This document shows positions 13,601 through 25,600 of a stretch of 64,000 bases of DNA, piece after piece. Origin of the DNA: the human T2T-CHM13v2.0 reference genome, Homo sapiens. Below the pieces are notes generated by a model. That model saw only the letters and a list, made by a program, of their open reading frames with translations, made no database searches and had not been told where the DNA came from. Within the stretch, counting starts at the first letter, position 1. Each line of letters opens with the position of its first letter. The DNA lies in NCBI RefSeq assembly GCF_009914755.1, contig NC_060927.1. One strand, written 5' to 3'. Both the position numbers and the translations under genes were made by a program.

Positions 13601-16600
13601 TGGGCTCTGGGCAGCATACTTCTATTCTCAGGACCTCTCCTCATCCTAGAGCTGCTGGGAAGGTGAGAATATCTCGAGGTGGCACTGTCCCCCATGAGCA
13701 GGGATCCAAGGCCAGCTCCTCTGTCAACCTGAGTCAGGATTCGCGCCTTCTCGACAACTCCCCATGGGGGAACCCTTGGCATTCTTTGTTCGGACTACTC
13801 CTGAGCTACCCAGGAACCATTTGCTGTTCTGCTGGGAAGGGGAGGTACTGGAAGGATCTGGCAAAAATCCCAGCCACCACATAGGGTCTACCCTGGAGGT
13901 GGCCCTGCGGGTCCTGGTGTGGCCCTTTGATTCTTAGCTCATTATAGGCATGATGACAGCATGTGGAACAAAAATGGCTCCCAAAAGACAGTGCTACAAT
14001 TTTGGACAGAACTTTCCGTTTTTGTTTTTGTTTTCAGACAGGGTCTCGCTCTGTTACCCAGGCTGAAGTGCAGTGAACAGAGTAGTCATGGCTCACTGCA
14101 GCTTCAACCTCCCAGGCTCAAGCCATCCTCCCACCTCAGCCTCCCTAGTAGCTGGGACCACAGGCACACACCACCACTCCTGGCTAATTTTTGTATTTTT
14201 TGTAGAGACAGGGTTTTGCCATGTTGCCCAGGCTGGTCTCAAACTCCTGAGCTCCTCAGGCGATCTGCCCACCTCAGCCTCCCAAAGTGCTGGGATTCTA
14301 GGTGTGAGCCACCGTGCCAAGCTAATTTTGATTTTTCCCAGAGGTGTAGGGATGTATCTCTCAAGAAGTCCCAAGCCAACTGAGACCTGGGGGTCTAGGC
14401 TAAGCAGAGCCCCACTCATGGACCTGCAGAGTCACACGAGGGCCCTGCCCACTGGGTGCTTGAGCAGACACCTTGGGGACCTCATATGTCAGGGGACTCC
14501 CGGCTTTGACTGCTATGACAATAGACTCCCAACCTCTGTGCTCCCGGACGGCTCCAACCACTCAGTCTCCTGTGCTTCCCAGCTCCCCTCCTCACACATC
14601 CCTCAAACTGTGACACTCCATGAACTCTCTTCCCTACTTCCCTACTGGCAGGCAGACACCTCCACCACCCTAAGGAATTAAACCCAATCAGCAGCCCAGA
14701 GCTGCTCTGGGATTGAACAATCCATGTCTCTATCTGGAAACCCCACAAACACCAGACTCACCTTCTCCAAGTCTAAGCTTACCACAGCCAGAGGCCCAGG
14801 GATCATGTGTGACTCCCCTCCTTCTTCCTCATCCCCCACATCCAACCTTCAGCTTTTGCCTGCCCTGCACCCTCCCACCCGGCTTGAACCCAGCCACTGC
14901 TTGTCAGGACAGCACAGCGCCCTCTTGGGACTCCCTCACTCAGCTCATCCATGCACAGCAGCCACAATGTTCCACCAAACTCTCAGGTCTGGTCACATAA
15001 CTTCCCTGTTCCCAGACCTTCTGTGGCTCCCACTGCCCCAGGAGTGAGTCCTGACCAACTGGCCCTGGCCTACTGCCACGCCTGGCCAGCATTCTATGCC
15101 CCAGCCACACCAGGCTGTACTTGCTGCACACAACTTCACCTGTGAATTGGCACACAGTGTCCCCTCCTCTTGCTCATCCCTTAAAACTGAGGTGGCCCCG
15201 GGATGAAGCCTTGGCTTGGGAGGTCAGAGGTCTCCCCTAAGCCCTCCTTGAAGTTCTCAGAAAAGCCTGGAATCTGAGTGCACACACAGCACTGTCCACC
15301 CTCACCCATCCCCCCCGTGTCCATCCCAGACTCGCTCACCCGGCCCAGCTTGTGGTCGGCCAGGGTGCAGGCGTCCATGAAGGTCTGTGCAATGACAAGG
15401 AGCACCGCATCCATGTTATCAGATGTTTGCACGTCGAACACAAACTGCGGGTTTTTTATTATATTGATCCAGAACCTCAGAGGCAAGCTGCGGGTGGGGC
15501 AGGCATGGCCGATGAATGTGCTGGGGAGGCAGAAGAGAAGACCCCCCACACACACCTAGAGCCCACCCAGCTCCACCCCACCTGTTGGTCTTCCAGATGT
15601 GGATGGTGTCCTGGTCGGAGATGCCATGCTGCTGGGCCTGCTCATCCAGCAGGTCAAAGAAGTACTTCACAGCGAGCGGCACGGGGCGGCTGGTGCTGAG
15701 AATCACCTGGAACAGGTCATCCACGAACTTCTGCAGGGTGCCCTGTGGGAAGGAAGAAGCAGAGAGGTGTGGTCAGCAAAGGGCCCTCAGCAGCAGCCCA
15801 GCCTCAGACACCCCCCGGCACTGTGCCTGCACGAGCCCCACACCACCCCCAAATCCCACGAGTGGCCATGCTCCCTCTCAGCCCAGGCCCCACTACCTTG
15901 GCAGGCCCCACCCCACCTTCATGGACAGCAGGCGGGTCAGGTAGATCTCAGGGATGGCCTTGGCGCGCTCACGCTCCCCGCCCCGAAGGCTGCCCCTCCG
16001 AGGCCTGGGCGGCTCCGGCTCATCACTTGGCTTCACCAGGTGCCAGGGCCGGATGCCCCCCTCATCTACATCCTCCAGCATTGGGGTCCCTGTGCCAAGA
16101 GCCCACAGCTGTCACCCCTCCCCAGGTGCCACCTCCCCAGGCCCCCTGTTTCTTGCCAGCTCTCCCAGGGGTGGGGGCACCTGGTTGAGGGATTTCCTGG
16201 GCCGAATGGAAATAGGCACAAGCCTGCCCTGAGGCCCAGAGGACCTTCCCCATGACTCCGGGCTGGGCACAGCAGGGGCAGAGGACCGTGATGGGAGCGG
16301 TACTCACGCTCTCCAGGGACATAATCCTGGTTTTCCCGGAGCACATGCTTGGTGAGGCAGGGGACGAGGGCCACAGTTGCTCCATCTGGGACCTGCTGAG
16401 CACAGCTGGTGATCCCTCCACCAGTCCCACCCCACCATGCCCTCCTCCAGCTCCCACTCCTCCTACCTTGTAATGCTGCAGTGTGTTCAGGCGCCTCCAC
16501 AGACCCTGGACCTCAGAAGTGACATCCTCGTCAGAAAGAATGAGGTGCCCGGCCACCCCAGACCGCCACTCTGCAAGGGCAAGGCAGAACTGGGTGCAGG

Positions 16601-19600
16601 GCTGGAAGATACCCTTCCCATAGTGGAGCCCATCTCCTCCTCCACAGGGACACCAGCCCCTCCATCATGGGGCAGCCTTACTCAACCTCTCCAAAGACCA
16701 AGAGCAGGGACCCCCTCCCCAGATGAGAGGCTGTCCAAGAAAGATGTTCCAAAGCCAGCTTCTGCCTGCCTCCCAGCATCCTCCCCACCCTGAGTGATGA
16801 GTTGTCCCTGCAGAGTTGGTCCGGGGCCAGCCCAGGCCCAACAGTGGCTCAGGTCCCCAGGGGCTCTCCACGCCCTCACCAACATCAAGGGTGCGAGGGT
16901 CTGGCCGCTGGGTGAGAGGCACTCCTTTATAAAGCTGGTCCAGCATCTTCTCCTTTGCCTGGGAGATGGTGTCACAGTCTAGGACCTTCACGGGCACGCC
17001 CTGGGCCTCTCCTGCCCCAGGCCCCACAGCCAATAGTGCATTCAAGGTCTGTGCAGGACACACAGGAGCCATCAGGGTTCATGTGCACTCAGGATGACCA
17101 AGACACAGGCCAAGGGCAGAGACAACTCATGAGAAACTGCTGCCTCCAATCCCCACGCACCACACAATCCCTAATTCTCGTCTCTTCACCTGCCTGCCTT
17201 CCCCAGGGACAGCAGCTTCCTCCCCATTGTGACCCCAGCACCTAGCGCAGTGCACTTGTAAACCACTATGGGGTAAATGGCAGAAAAAAATGAGTGAGCA
17301 CAAGTCCCTCATCACTCAGATCCCCAGGTTCCTGGCTGAATGGGTCAGGCTGACGGAGTTTCGGGAAGCCTGCATTCCCACCATCGGGAGCAAATATTCC
17401 CACCTATCCGACAGGGGAGGGGTTCAGCAGGCCTGAATGGGGGTTTCCCACAGGAACCCTTGTGCGTAACTAAGGGGAAAGCAAACCCAGAGAGAAGTGC
17501 CTGCCAGAGTGAGGCTGGCTTGGTGGGCAAGGCCGCATTCCTGGTAGGAGGGCCAGGCAGACAGGGTCAGGCCCTGACACAGCTCAAGCCCATGGTCTAA
17601 GGTAGGGCTGGCTTCTCCCAAACCCTGGTTGTGGCTACCCTAGTTCCATCCCTAGCCTGGGGCACATAGAGGCCTTATCATCAAAGTCTGCCCTAAACTG
17701 CTATCCTGCTAAGCTAGTCTGATGGGCTCTCTCCAGGAGCCAGCCAGAGGTCAACCCAGCTCTACATCCAGGTACCACATCAGAAGCTGGTGTCCAGACC
17801 CCACACACCCACACACTCTCCACCCTCGCCCTCACCGCACTCAGACTGCAGGCCACACACTTGCACACCCTCACCAGGGGACGGTACTCCACATCCTCTC
17901 TGAGCAGGCGGTTGTCGTTCAAGGTGTATTTGGCCTTGCCTGTCACACTGTCCACTGGCCCCTTATCCACTTGGTGCTTAATCCCTCGAAAGAGCATGTA
18001 CAGAGGCTCCCCTACGGAGTCCTAGGAGAGCACAGGCAGTTAGGGCCCCCCAGCAGGTGGCAGAGGTGTATGGGACATGACGCACACTGGGGAAGGGGAC
18101 AGGACATGGGCTTAAGGGGACTGAGGACAGGCTGAGCAGGAGTCTCTGCTCTGGCACAAGTGTCCGAGCTGCATGGTGGCTGAGGGCTTAGAAGTTTGGA
18201 GGGCCTGACCCTCCCTGGACAGGAGCCCTGTCCACCTCTGCCCCCTCACCCTCACGAAGGTATACAGACAGATGGACATCCAGTTGGTGAGCAGCTTCTC
18301 CACCACAGTCTCTGTCCTGAGATGATGGGAAAGGGGAGTGCCAGGGTCAGCAGGTGGGGCTGCGGGCCTCTCTATCCTGCAGACCCCCCAGCCCGAGGCC
18401 CCACCCCAGCTCCAGCTGTCCAGGGCCCACCCAGCCCCAACAGCCACACAGACCTGCGCAGCATCAGCTTGGGGTTCTTGGCCACATACTGGGCAACCAG
18501 GTCACTGAGCAGAGTGCGGAGGATGTCAGTGAAATACTCAAGCTTCCCATGCAGTGCCACGGTGAGCAGAGATGCCACGTAGGCACGGTCCCGAGCTGAA
18601 AAGGTGCGCTGGCTCTCCAGCGTGTGGATGAACTGCAGCCAAAGAGAAGGGATGGGAAAAGGGGTTTAGGGGGACAGAGGGGCGGGCTCAGAAACCATGC
18701 CCTGGAGAAGGGGCAGGGCCAGGGGCAGGCCAGGAAGATGCAGCTGGGGGTACCTTGGTGAGGAAGAGCTTGCTGTTGAGCAGGTTAGAGAGCTGCCCCA
18801 GCCCTTGCTCCACAGTGGGCCGTCTGCTCTCAGGCACACCCAGGTCCCGGTGCAAGGGCGACTCGCGGTGCCCAGGGAAGAAGATCCTCTCCGCATACAC
18901 CTTGTAGTCGAGGAAGGGGATGCCGCTGCCCAGGAGGTCACTGGTGAGATCGGTCATCTCAGTCATGAGGTCTGTTAAGCAGAAGAGGCCAGGTTAAGCA
19001 CCTGTTAAGCACCAATCCCGTGTGATGGGAGTGGGTTTGGGCAGAGTTCTGGAGGGCGGGGCCCATTCTCCCAGCCACACCTGTGAATTCCTTCTTGCAG
19101 CGGTCCCGCACACTGCTCTCCAGATTCTCCAGCTGGATCTGAACCTTCTTATAGTCCCTCAGGGCCTGCTTGCTCTTCCTCCTGCTCAGCCCCAGGGTCA
19201 GGAGAGGATGGCCAGATGAGTCCTACTCGCCCAGGCCTGCCTGACAATCCCCAGGCACACCCCGGCCTCATCCAGCACAGTCCAATGCAGCCATGCCAGC
19301 CAAGCTCAAGCCTAGCCCAGTACGATTCAGCCTGTCCCGTCCCAAGCAAGTCACACACACCCATGCCCCGTCTAGCCCAGCACAGTTTAGCCTAGAGATC
19401 AGCCAACCACAACCAGGCCAAATCCATCCCACAACCTATTTTTATAAAGATTTGTTAGAACACAGCCACTTTCATGTGTTTCCATGTCGTCCCTGGCTGC
19501 CTTTGTGCCACAGTGGCAAAGCTGAGTTGTTGAACAGAGACCACTTGGCCTGCAAAGCGAAAATATTTACTCTCTGGCCATTTACAGAGAATGTTTCCTG

Positions 19601-22600
19601 ACTCCTGGCCCGGTCTGTCCCTTCCCAGTCCAGCCAGATCCCACGACCTGCCCCAGCCCAGCCACATCTGGCTGCACCCACCTGTACATGAGGACAATGA
19701 TGATGACACCCAGAGCCAGAAGAGAGGTGCCCACCCCCAAGCCCACCTGGGCTGCCACAGGAAAAGCCCCAGGGCTCTCGCCGTCATACTGCACGTGACC
19801 CAGGGAGAAGCGCAAGTTCCCCATCTGCACCTGTGTCAGGAGCCACCTGTGAGCAAGGGTTTGGCCCAGGTCAATGCCCAGCCCGGCCAGGGACCTGCCC
19901 ACTGACCGTGAACTCAGGCAAAGAGTCAGGTGCCTCTCGGAGGGCATGGTGCCGTGGCAGGGGCTGCTCCACGGGGGGCTCGCAGTACAGGTGGTGCCGC
20001 GTCAGCGTCTTCACCACACAGGGGCCATCCCCTATCATAGCCACCACCTCCTCCTTGGACATTGCAAGGTCCAGGTTCTCCCCCTGGAACAGAGGGTCAC
20101 CGATCAGTCACTCAGGACCCTTCCCTCAGATCCTGTCCTCCCCAAATGTGGGAAGGACCCTGAGACCCAGCCGCAGCAGCAAAGCTGACAGCCTCTCAGC
20201 ACCCTTCCCGAGTGCAGGCCAGTCACACAGTGTCCTCCAAGCTGCTCCTCATCACCCTTTGTTGCCCTTTCCTATCTTTCTTCTCCAGAACGAAAAATCT
20301 GGAGAACATAAAGCTGCCTCCCAAATCCTGCCCAGCTACCTAACAAAGCTGGAGCCCCCAATCTGTGTCTGATGACTCACCAGGGGGGTGATGATGCTGT
20401 ATCAACCTGTGGTCTGCCCGCATGCCCATCTGCTGCCCACTGTGTATGTCCAAGACACATGCCTAGCGCATGTCCATGTGAGCCAGGCTGCCAACGGGGG
20501 TCAGCCCGATGGCCTATGTGGACCACACCACCCAGCTACTGCACAGGCCGAACATACAAATGCAGTCATTCCAGAGCCTGCCATGGAGTGCATCAGGACC
20601 CGGGCCACCAGCCAAGCAGTCCAGCTCGTGCCAGATGCTAGGCTAGGCACCCCCCACCAGCCCCCTCTGCCCCCACCACAGCAAGGATGAGGAGCCATGT
20701 CCATCCACCGGCCCTTGCTCTACTGTCTCGGCCTCTCCGCCACACACAGCAGTGCTGTCCAGCCAAGGGAAGGGTCTCGGGGCCCTGCCAGGTCCAAGTA
20801 GGAGCTGTACCTCCACGGAGAACACACTCCCAGGCTTGTGCCGGAATGGCATGGTGGGGTCCTCAGGGTTGAGTGGCTGCAGGGTGGGGTCGGCCTCATA
20901 GGAGAAAGGTGTGGGGTTCAGTGTTGCAAAGTCAAAGACCAGGTTGTCAAGGATAAATTCCACCCGGACCCAGGGGTCCTCAGGCAGGCCTGGGAGGGCA
21001 GGTGTGCGGCACGTGATGAGCTGGGAGGAGTTGACATGGCACGGCTCCTCAAACTGGAAGGAAGACAGGCAGGTTGACGAGGGGCCAAGCAAAGATGGGA
21101 AGAGCCTCCTCTGGCACCTGCTCTGGCTGTCCCCAGGGTGTGGTATGGGGCAAGGGGAGAGTGTGGGGGTACCCAAGGGTGTCCTACTTGCTGGCTACTG
21201 CAGGAGGGTCCAAGGGAACATGCCGTCTCCGGGACCACGCGACGCCTCCGTCCAAGCCCCTGGCTGGGCTGCAGCATTCTCGAGACCACGGTCACCCGGA
21301 TTCTTGGCGTCTGTACCACGTCCAGATTCTGGCCACGGACGCATATCTCACGTCCTCCACTGAAACAGACCGTGAGCTTACGTAACGTAAGATGGCTTAT
21401 GTTACCTGGACCTAAAGCACAGCCCAGTCCCGGCTAGGTCAGCTCAGCCCCAGCCCCAAACCACACGACCCCTTGCCCCTACTAGCAGCATGGGATTCTC
21501 AGTGCCTCAACATAAAGCCCTACAAACCCCCACATAGTGGAGCTGCAAAGACCTCCCTGCCACCTGCCATGCAGCCACACCCCTGGCCCAACACCTGAGG
21601 AAGCTCTTGGTGGGGCCAGCAGAGGTGATGTTGGGGTCCAAGGTATACTTGAACTGTCCGCGTTGAAGCCTCCGCTCCGTGGCCCCAAACCACACAGCCA
21701 CAGGGAGCGTGGCAGGCGTGGGGCGTGGGCTGGTCTCACACCGCAGTTGTTCTGACTGCTGCTCCGGCAGCCTGGGAGGGGAGGTGGGAATGAATGCAGG
21801 GGCGCAGGCAGGGAAAACTTGGACCACTCAGGCCCCAACTGGCTTCCCTCAAGCGCTGACTGCAGTCTCCACCAGGTGTCCCTGGAGGTGCACTCCCACC
21901 ACAGCTGGCTAGGGAGGGTCTGGCCACTCTCTGAAGGAGCAGACTGGCCCTCTTCCCCTTTCTGCTCTCCCCAGGATCTCAGACCCCTCCATCTTTCCCC
22001 TGGAGCAGATGGATTTTTGCAGGATGAGGAAGTGGCCCTCACAAGTGACAAGGCTGGTCTCCAACCACCACTCGGATGTCCTCCAGCCGCCCAGTCAGGA
22101 GCTTGGAGCCATTCAGGGTGAGACGGGTGCCCCCAGCTCTGGGGCCGCGGGCCGGGAAGATGGAATGGACCTTCGGATCCTGTGGGACAGACAGGGAGAG
22201 AGATGAGCATCAGACCAGACACATGGAGGCAGGGACAGCCTGAGAGACAGGCTGGCCCAGGACTGGGAGCCCCACCAAGGAATAACCAGATGGGTTGAGA
22301 GGAGCCACCAGAGAGGTTGGCCCGCTGGCAGCTGGGGGTGGCTCAGCAGTCAGGTACCTGGTAGGCAAAGTCGTGTTCTGAGACACCACGTCCTCTTCCC
22401 GGCACCTCCACCGCTGTGGCGCCGGCCACCTCCTCCCCACTGGCCCCGGTGATGCACACGAGGCTGTAGGCACAGGGCAGGCTAGGGGGTGCCAGGCTGC
22501 ATCAAGGGCCCCTCAAGCTTACCTGGCAGCCCCTCTCCCTGCCCTACTGTCAGGTGGTCTTCCCCTTCCCATGCTCCATAAGATTGACAGAGACCCTCTC

Positions 22601-25600
22601 TCACTTTGGAGGGAATTCTTTATGACACATCAGAAGGCCTTGGTATCTGAGAATTAATATTTGTGGCTTCAATCATTTAAGTTCAACCCCAGGGGCCCCC
22701 AATAAGGAAGAATTTATCTGTGGCATAAATTTACAAAGGGGCCCTGTCAGCCTGGTTGTGGGGCGAGCTGCTGAGCAAGTGAGTGGGCACAGCTAGCCGC
22801 CCATGTCCTCCGCCACGTCACATGCACAGTACCCACTCAAAGCATGGTAGAAACTTGATTTATTCAGGAAAAAGAGTCCCTGAAAGCCTCTAGTCAGACA
22901 GGGAAATACAGGTGAAGGGAAAGTGAACCATCTAAGAAAATGCTGGTTCTTAGCCAGAAAATAGAAGCTTGGGCAAATTAAACTTCCAGAGTGTTAAGCC
23001 TGCAGTGGCTCAACTCAGTGACATTGTCACAGTTGTTGCAAACACTAGGAAGACACAAGTGACGTGTGAGCCACCCAGGGGAGGCTCCAGACAGAATATA
23101 TGCTAATTGCTTCATAAATCACAGCAGTCTTATGGTCTGGAACACTAACAGTCTAGATAGTCACCGTAAGTTCTCGGTCATAACACATTCAGGGGACACT
23201 CCGTGCTCCAGGAGAGTGGTTCCTTGTTTCAAATACAGATTTGGGGGCCCCACCGTGGGCCTCCTGAATCCAGATGTTTGTGTTGGTTTGGGACAGGATC
23301 TGCAGGTTACCCTGATATTCAGCCACGTTTGGGCCCTGCTGCTTATGGACATCTCCTTAGGAATGTCCTGCGTGTGTACCTTTGGGGCCTGCAACCGCTG
23401 GCCAGGTTACCATAACCCAGGAGCCCCAGGAAGGCAGCAGGGGTCCCTAGAGACGACAGTGGAGCCTGGCCCTCGGCCAGTGTGCCTTTCTGAGGTGTGC
23501 CTTCCAAGTCTACCTTCCTGAAGAGCCTGGCAGCCCAGGACAATGCCTGGGGAAGAGTGAGCTGGTGAGAAGGCCAGCCCCTGAGCTTATCTGTCTGATC
23601 TGAGGGTCCTGCTGCCACAGCTATTAATATATCCACAGTCCCTCAGAAGACCAGGTGAGCAGAGCAGGAAGCAGAGCCACGAGTCAGTTCTGGGCAGTGA
23701 CGGGCCCAGGAAGGATTCCCCAGCAGCCCAGGCCAGGAACCTACAGGTGTGGTGGGTGCTCAGGGTCTTCAGTGGCAACGCTGGCACTCGGGCATTGTGG
23801 CCAGGATCAAGGAACAGGGAGAGAGGGGGGCAGATGAGCGGTGGGTGGGAGGCCCCAAGCAGCAACGCCAACCGCGGAGGCCCCAGGCTGCGCCGTGCTC
23901 CTGCTGGGTGCAGCCAGCTTACCTGCTGGAGACCTCGTACTCCTGGGCATCCACAGCACAGGGCACTCCAGCCACCGTGACCATGCCCAGCACATCCTGC
24001 ACATGCTGGCCCAGGTTGGAGCCCCTGATGGTGACACGGGTGCCTCCGTCTACAGGCCCAGTCAGTGGCTCCACCTGTTCCAGGACAAGGACTGCTCACC
24101 TCTACTCAACTGGAAAGGCAGCCCCAACCTCCCACCTTTGGGCCCCCACACCCTCCCTCTAAGGGCAGCACTGAGGAAGGGATGGCCAGCCTTTCAACAA
24201 ACCGAGTGGATGAGGGGCGCTGGGCACTGGGTGGCCACAGCCTCAGCCTCACCACAGGCCTCCCGGGTCACACAACGTGGACGCTCCCCCTCACACCACA
24301 CACAGCCATACTGGGGCATGGCAGTTTGGCAGCGGCTGCAGTCTCCATGTCCCACGGAACAGTCATACAGTACCACTGGGGGTGGCAGAGACACACGTGA
24401 GAGGCAGGCCTGGGAGAGCCCTGCTACCACCGCCAGCCCAGCAGCCCGCAGGTGGCTCACCATGCAGCCCCTCAGCACTGTCCACACGCAGACGGCCGGC
24501 CCGACGCAGAAACAGCCCCACACGGAGCTCCGGCTGCAGAGCCTCATAGCTGAGCTGGAGAAATGGGAGTGGGTTCAGAGTCAAGCACTGGGGGAAGTGT
24601 CAGGCCTGGGGAGGGGTTAGTCAGAGAAAGGACTAAAACGACCAGTTAGGAGCATAGGGTCAGAGGGACCCCATGGGGCCACAAGTTGGAGGGCAGAGCC
24701 AGAAATGGAGTATGGGGACCCCATGGGGTCTCAAGTTAGAGTTCAGAGCTGGGATGCAAGGACTCCACGGGGCACATGGTCAGAGGTCAGAAATGGGTGT
24801 GGAGACTCCCTCAGGGCGACACGGTCAGAGCGTGGCTCTGGAAAGTGTGGTGCAGCCAGCTACAGTTGGCAGCCAGCCTGTGGCCAGTGCAGTGCACCCG
24901 TGCCCACCCAGGCGCTCATGGTGTGCACCTGGTGCTGCTGGCAGGTGACATGGCACTGGGTATCTGGAGGTGGCTCACACTCGACCCGGGCCTCAACCAC
25001 CACCTCGAGGCCCTCCAGCTCCATCACACACTCATTGTCTCCTGGGCCATCCTGAGGGCAGAGAACACAGCTGTTGGGCAGCTTCAGGAGCTGGGCCCAG
25101 GGAGTCCTGCAGGTCACCCAACAGATCCCCCAGCACAGCTTCTGGGTTGGAGTTGAGCCCTCGGACTCTGCCCTCCTCCTGCTCCCCAGGGCTTGTGCAG
25201 AGTTTCTCAACAGCTAAGGAGGCTGCAAGGACAGCGGCAGGCAGGACACACTGACCTGGAAAAGGTGCAGGTTCCTGCCTAGCAGCCGGATTTCCCGCTC
25301 CACATGGACCGGCATCAACGTGGAGCCCTGAACGCTCTCCACACAGGGGCAGGAGCTTGCCCCCAAGGTCGCCTCTTCCTGCAGGCACCAAGGGCAAGGC
25401 AGTCTATGGAGCCCACCCTGCCCAGCTCAGCCCTCTGCCTTGCCAGATTCCAGAGGCAAGGCCGGTGTGGGGCTGCAGACTCCACCCTGCCCCTCACCTC
25501 CTCCCAGTGCAGAATCACAAGGCAAGCTAGGGGTAGCATCTTCCCCACATCCCCTCCCCTGAGGCCTCCTTCCTGGGCTGGGCCTCACCAGCTCCCAGAG

